NCBI GenBank assembly: GCA_965552055.1
Contig: CBEVQO010000007.1
Coordinates: 32,001-96,000, forward strand
Direction: 5' to 3'
Length of the DNA: 64,000 bases
Source: an uncultured bacterium
GTDB lineage: Bacteria; Hydrothermota; UBA3073; NMUJ01; CBEVQO01
Positions within the stretch are counted from its first letter, which is position 1. Each line of letters opens with the position of its first letter. A model generated the notes under the pieces. That model ran no database searches. It was not told the origin of the DNA and was given only the letters and a program-made list of their open reading frames with translations. Both the position numbers and the translations under genes were made by a program. Below, in pieces: positions 60,247 to 64,000 of this stretch.

Positions 60247-61089
60247 GTGATAAAATTAATGAAATCCTTTTATCATTCTTTCTTTTATAAGATACATGTG
60301 CAATTTATTCGCATTCTTTCCAATTTTATAATGTTTTTGCTATCCCCAAAAAGGGTAAGGATACTGGATGAGGAATGGGATTATTTGATAATTCTTGATG
60401 CTTGCAGATATGATTTTTTTAAAAAATACAATTTCATCAAGGGCAAACTTGAAAGGAAAGTGAGTATGGGTTCATCTACTCCCGAATGGTTCAGGAAGAA
60501 TTTTGAGAGAAAAGTAGATGATGTGGTATATGTTACTGCGAATCCGTATATTTCGAGATGGATTGAAGAAGGGAAGCTCCTGCAAAGATTTTTTTATATG
60601 GAGCATTTATGGCAATATGAGTGGGATGAAGAGTTAAATTCTGTGCATCCTGACCGTGTTGTTGAGAATGTTCTCAGATTGAAAGAGAAGTATCCCGATA
60701 AAAGAATGATAATTCATTTTTTACAGCCTCATACACCTTTTATAGGCGAGACAAGGATACCACCTGATGGCAGGGTATCTGTAGAAAGAAGGAGAAAAGC
60801 ATATAAAGATAATCTAATCTTAGTTTTAAAAAGTGTGAAAAAACTCATTGATAATCTTTGTGGCAAAATAATAGTGACAGCAGATCATGGAGAATGTCTG
60901 GGAGAATGGGGTCTGTGGAAGCATCCCGATAATGTACATGTAAAGGAGCTAATCGTGATACCATGGCTCATTATAAATAAAGGAAAAAGGAAAATAGTCC
61001 CAAAATCAATAGAACCCCCGAAAGAGAAAAAAATAGATGAAGGGATTCTCACGAAAAGATTAAAATCATTGGGATATTATCCTGACTGA
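60247..61089 (+). CDS. Alkaline phosphatase/sulfatase superfamily protein
   Basis: IILDACRYD, HFLQPHTP, TADHGE, C-terminal RLKSLGY. Confidence 0.75.
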   Translation: MIKLMKSFYHSFFYKIHVQFIRILSNFIMFLLSPKRVRILDEEWDYLIILDACRYDFFKKYNFIKGKLERKVSMGSSTPEWFRKNFERKVDDVVYVTANPYISRWIEEGKLLQRFFYMEHLWQYEWDEELNSVHPDRVVENVLRLKEKYPDKRMIIHFLQPHTPFIGETRIPPDGRVSVERRRKAYKDNLILVLKSVKKLIDNLCGKIIVTADHGECLGEWGLWKHPDNVHVKELIVIPWLIINKGKRKIVPKSIEPPKEKKIDEGILTKRLKSLGYYPD

Positions 61090-62372
61090 TGATTGCACTT
61101 TTTGTAATTGCTGGAGTGATTGCCGGTGCTATATTCTCACTTCTACCTGCTTTACATATTTATAACATTGTTGCGATTATTCTTTTGATGAAGTTTCCGC
61201 CGCTATGCGTTGCCTCTTTTTGCCTTGGACTCATTGTAGGCTTTTCTGTCGTTAATACGATACCTTCGGTATTTCTTGGTGCACCTGATGAGAGTGCGGT
61301 ATTTCTTGTACTCCCGGGGCAAAAATATCTTTTGCTCGGTAGGGGATATGAAGCATGTGTATTGAGCGGGATAGGCAGTATTCTTGCGATTTTTTCTCTA
61401 ATACTTTTGATTCCATTATTTCAAAAATTTTTACCCTTTTTAAAAATTTTACTCGCAAGGCATTATTACTGGCTTCTTGGTTCTATAATTTGTTATATTT
61501 TGATGTCAGAATGGCCAAAAGGAGGCGATAGGGGTACTCCCTTTTATCGCTTTTTAGATGGCTGGCGTACACTTTCTTACGGACTTTTGACCTTCTTTTT
61601 ATCTGGTTTGCTTGGTATTATTTTGTTTTATAAACCTTTAATACCTGTTGAGCGTGGTTTTCAAAACTTAATGCCCGTTTTTGTTGGTTTGTTTGCGATT
61701 CCATGGGTGCTAATGAATATAATTTCTGGCACAAAGGTTCCTGAGCAAAATATAAGCAGTAGTGTAAATGTTCGTCCTGTTCATATTTTTCATGGCTGGT
61801 TCGCGGGAGCTATTGGAGGATTATTGGCTGCTTTCCTTCCTGCTATCACAGGTGGAGTGGGGGGTTTACTTGCTGGTCATGCCACTGCTCAGCGTGATGA
61901 CCGTGTTTTTATAATTTCTCAGGGAGCATCAAAAGTTTTCTATTATGTTGGTGGTTACTTATTTTATTTAATCCCTGGAGTGAATTTGAAAAGAGGAGGT
62001 CTTGCCTGGATGGTTGGCACAGTTTATTCTCCTGCTTCTTACAAGGAATTCTGGCAAATGATGATAGGCTTATGCATTGGTGGTCTACTTGCATTCTTTC
62101 TTTTAATTTACTTTGCGAAAATTTTTGCGAGATACATTTATCATTTTTCATACAAAATGATTTCAATAATTGCACTTTGCATAATAATTTTACTTGTAGT
62201 TTTGCTGACAGGGATAAAGGGTTTACTGATAGCTGCTACTGCAACAGGTATAGGTTTGATTCCTGTTTTATATGGTTCGAGAAGGATGAATTGTCTAGGA
62301 GTAATACTTTTGCCCATCACCTTGAATATGGCGGGATTAGGAGATGATATTGCAAAATTTTTAGGTTTTTAA
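61089..62372 (+). CDS. TctA/DUF112-like membrane protein
   Basis: LLPALH.Y, IPSVFLGAPD..A..VLPG; multi-TM. Confidence 0.7.
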   Translation: MIALFVIAGVIAGAIFSLLPALHIYNIVAIILLMKFPPLCVASFCLGLIVGFSVVNTIPSVFLGAPDESAVFLVLPGQKYLLLGRGYEACVLSGIGSILAIFSLILLIPLFQKFLPFLKILLARHYYWLLGSIICYILMSEWPKGGDRGTPFYRFLDGWRTLSYGLLTFFLSGLLGIILFYKPLIPVERGFQNLMPVFVGLFAIPWVLMNIISGTKVPEQNISSSVNVRPVHIFHGWFAGAIGGLLAAFLPAITGGVGGLLAGHATAQRDDRVFIISQGASKVFYYVGGYLFYLIPGVNLKRGGLAWMVGTVYSPASYKEFWQMMIGLCIGGLLAFFLLIYFAKIFARYIYHFSYKMISIIALCIIILLVVLLTGIKGLLIAATATGIGLIPVLYGSRRMNCLGVILLPITLNMAGLGDDIAKFLGF

Positions 62373-62382
62373 AGGGGGGATT

Positions 62383-64000
62383 ATGTTTGTGTTACTCTGT
62401 ATAATGTACATGGAGACGAAATATGCGACAGGGTGCTTGGTGGAAGACCCCACGACCATTCCATGGCTTCATCGTGCTGAAATAAAAGCGAAGAAAATCT
62501 TGCCATCGAAGGTTGATTTATCGAAATTCATGCCTCCTGTTGGGAATCAGGATGGTCAGGGTTCCTGTGTTGCATGGGCTGTTGGCTATTATCATAAGAC
62601 ATTTCAGGAATGGCTCGAACATAGATGGGATGTTACTTCGCCTTATCATCAATTCAGTCCTGCTTTTATTTACAATCAGATAAATGGTGGTGTGGATGGT
62701 GGCTCTTACATTTCCGATGCCTTGAAATGCCTTTGTGACCTTGGATGCGCAAATTTGGTGCTATCACCTTATGATCCTTATGATTCAACTACATGGCCAA
62801 GTGAAGAAGCATATGACTCTGCGATAAAGTATCGGAGTGACTCTGCATATTATTTGTATTGCGGGGATACTGCTGGAATAAGGATGATAAAGCAATTGCT
62901 TTATGATAGTATAACTGTTATAATTGCGATTGCTGTTTATTACAATTATCTTTACATTGAAAATTATGATACGATGTATTGTGTTGCTGATTCTGCTGGT
63001 GAGCTTTATGGCTGGCATGCTCAATGTATAGTCGGTTATGATGATAACAAGCCAACGCATGATGGTGTGGGAGCTTTCAGGGTAGTCAATTCATGGGGGA
63101 CTGACTGGGGCAACAACGGGTATTACTGGATGTCATATGAAGCTGTAATGAGACCTTCTTTCTGCTGGTGTTATGCTTACTATTCTACCGATAAAATAAA
63201 TTACTCTCCCAGGGTTAAATCACGCATAAGGATAATACATCCTTCGAGGTATACCGTTGGGATAAGTCTGGGAGCAGGAGAGTCCACTTCTCCTGTTTGG
63301 GAGAAGAACTATTTCGACTGGTATATGCCGAGGCGAGCTGACTGGCCATTTCCCTCGCATAAAATAGTCCTTGATTTAACTGATGGTACAGATTTTATTT
63401 CGCGCGGAACCAATATATTTCTCCGATGCGTTGATGAAGTTATTGATGCATATACGGGCTCGGTTGATACATTTCTTGTGCAACATCTTGAATGGGCGGT
63501 AACAGTGGCATCACAGCAGACACCTGCTCCGATAACCGATGGCGGAACTGCTTATGTGAATGTAATATTGCCAGGCACCGCATACTACTCAATATCAGGA
63601 TATGTAAAGAGATGGGATGATACTCCTGCAGACTCAATTATGATGGTGCTTACAGGATATGTTAATGAAACATTATATACAGATAGCAGTGGATATTATG
63701 AGTTTGACAGCCTTTTATCTGGTAAAAATTATATTTTAACTCCCTATAAAGAGAGCTGGATATTTGACCCGGATTGCAGGGAATATAATACTTTAAGCGC
63801 AAGTCAAACAGAGCAAAATTTCACAGGATATACTGATATTTATGAGCCAAATAATACAATTGCACAGGCTTATGGACCGCTTTTGAAAGATACTTTATAC
63901 TACTCTTTCATCTGGTCTGCTGATGATACAGACTGGTATTACTTTGAATTACCTGAGAGTGTTTTCTATTCAATTGATGTTATTTTAACCAGTTTACCAG
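62383..64000 (+). CDS. C1 (papain-like) cysteine peptidase with C-terminal beta-domains; runs off the window end
   Basis: LPSKVDLS..MPPVGNQDGQGSCVAWA, GWHAQCIVGYDD, VVNSWGTDWG..GY; absent from the ORF track because there is no stop. Confidence 0.88.
   Translation, partial: MFVLLCIMYMETKYATGCLVEDPTTIPWLHRAEIKAKKILPSKVDLSKFMPPVGNQDGQGSCVAWAVGYYHKTFQEWLEHRWDVTSPYHQFSPAFIYNQINGGVDGGSYISDALKCLCDLGCANLVLSPYDPYDSTTWPSEEAYDSAIKYRSDSAYYLYCGDTAGIRMIKQLLYDSITVIIAIAVYYNYLYIENYDTMYCVADSAGELYGWHAQCIVGYDDNKPTHDGVGAFRVVNSWGTDWGNNGYYWMSYEAVMRPSFCWCYAYYSTDKINYSPRVKSRIRIIHPSRYTVGISLGAGESTSPVWEKNYFDWYMPRRADWPFPSHKIVLDLTDGTDFISRGTNIFLRCVDEVIDAYTGSVDTFLVQHLEWAVTVASQQTPAPITDGGTAYVNVILPGTAYYSISGYVKRWDDTPADSIMMVLTGYVNETLYTDSSGYYEFDSLLSGKNYILTPYKESWIFDPDCREYNTLSASQTEQNFTGYTDIYEPNNTIAQAYGPLLKDTLYYSFIWSADDTDWYYFELPESVFYSIDVILTSLP

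Noticed and set aside
718..63637. Numerous short antisense or alternate-frame ORFs in the track (e.g. 3184-3666, 11069-11563, 19884-20519, 46114-46683)
   Set aside because: They are shadows of well-supported genes, with Phe/Ser/Ile-rich composition mirroring Lys/Glu-rich sense strands.

Overview
AT-rich chromosome segment of a diderm bacterium (LptF/LptG, OmpA, a type IX secretion-like sorting tail). The gene style suggests a WOR-3/FCB-like, possibly thermophilic lineage, but that is inference. Most of the window is housekeeping: lptF/G, rsmA, nfeD-SPFH, tRNA-Lys, grpE-dnaK-dnaJ-rsmE, rpsU-mutS2-dnaG-rpoD-thiE, dinB, rtcA, pth-rplY, rsmD, xerD, and dnaA-dnaN with DnaA-box clusters on both sides of dnaA (probable oriC). 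Accessory content: an integron attC-like site at 577-664 following a DUF2326-like gene frameshifted by an exact 22-bp tandem duplication; a HEPN/MNT toxin-antitoxin pair and a duplicated coiled-coil gene between lptF and lptG; a cyclase-STAND-TPR protein; a PqqD/kinase-like module; a flagellin-glycosylation-like block; and an ABC-ATPase/TOPRIM pair. The strongest window-wide signal is a recurrent non-canonical promoter, TTGACN-N15-TANNNT (12 clean copies, 15-bp spacer instead of 17). It usually lies 5-6 nt before a start codon, implying leaderless mRNAs. It coincides with a divergent primary sigma factor (duplicated region 1.1, altered regions 2.4/3.0/3.2) and with exported proteins whose N-terminal signals are very short and uncharged.
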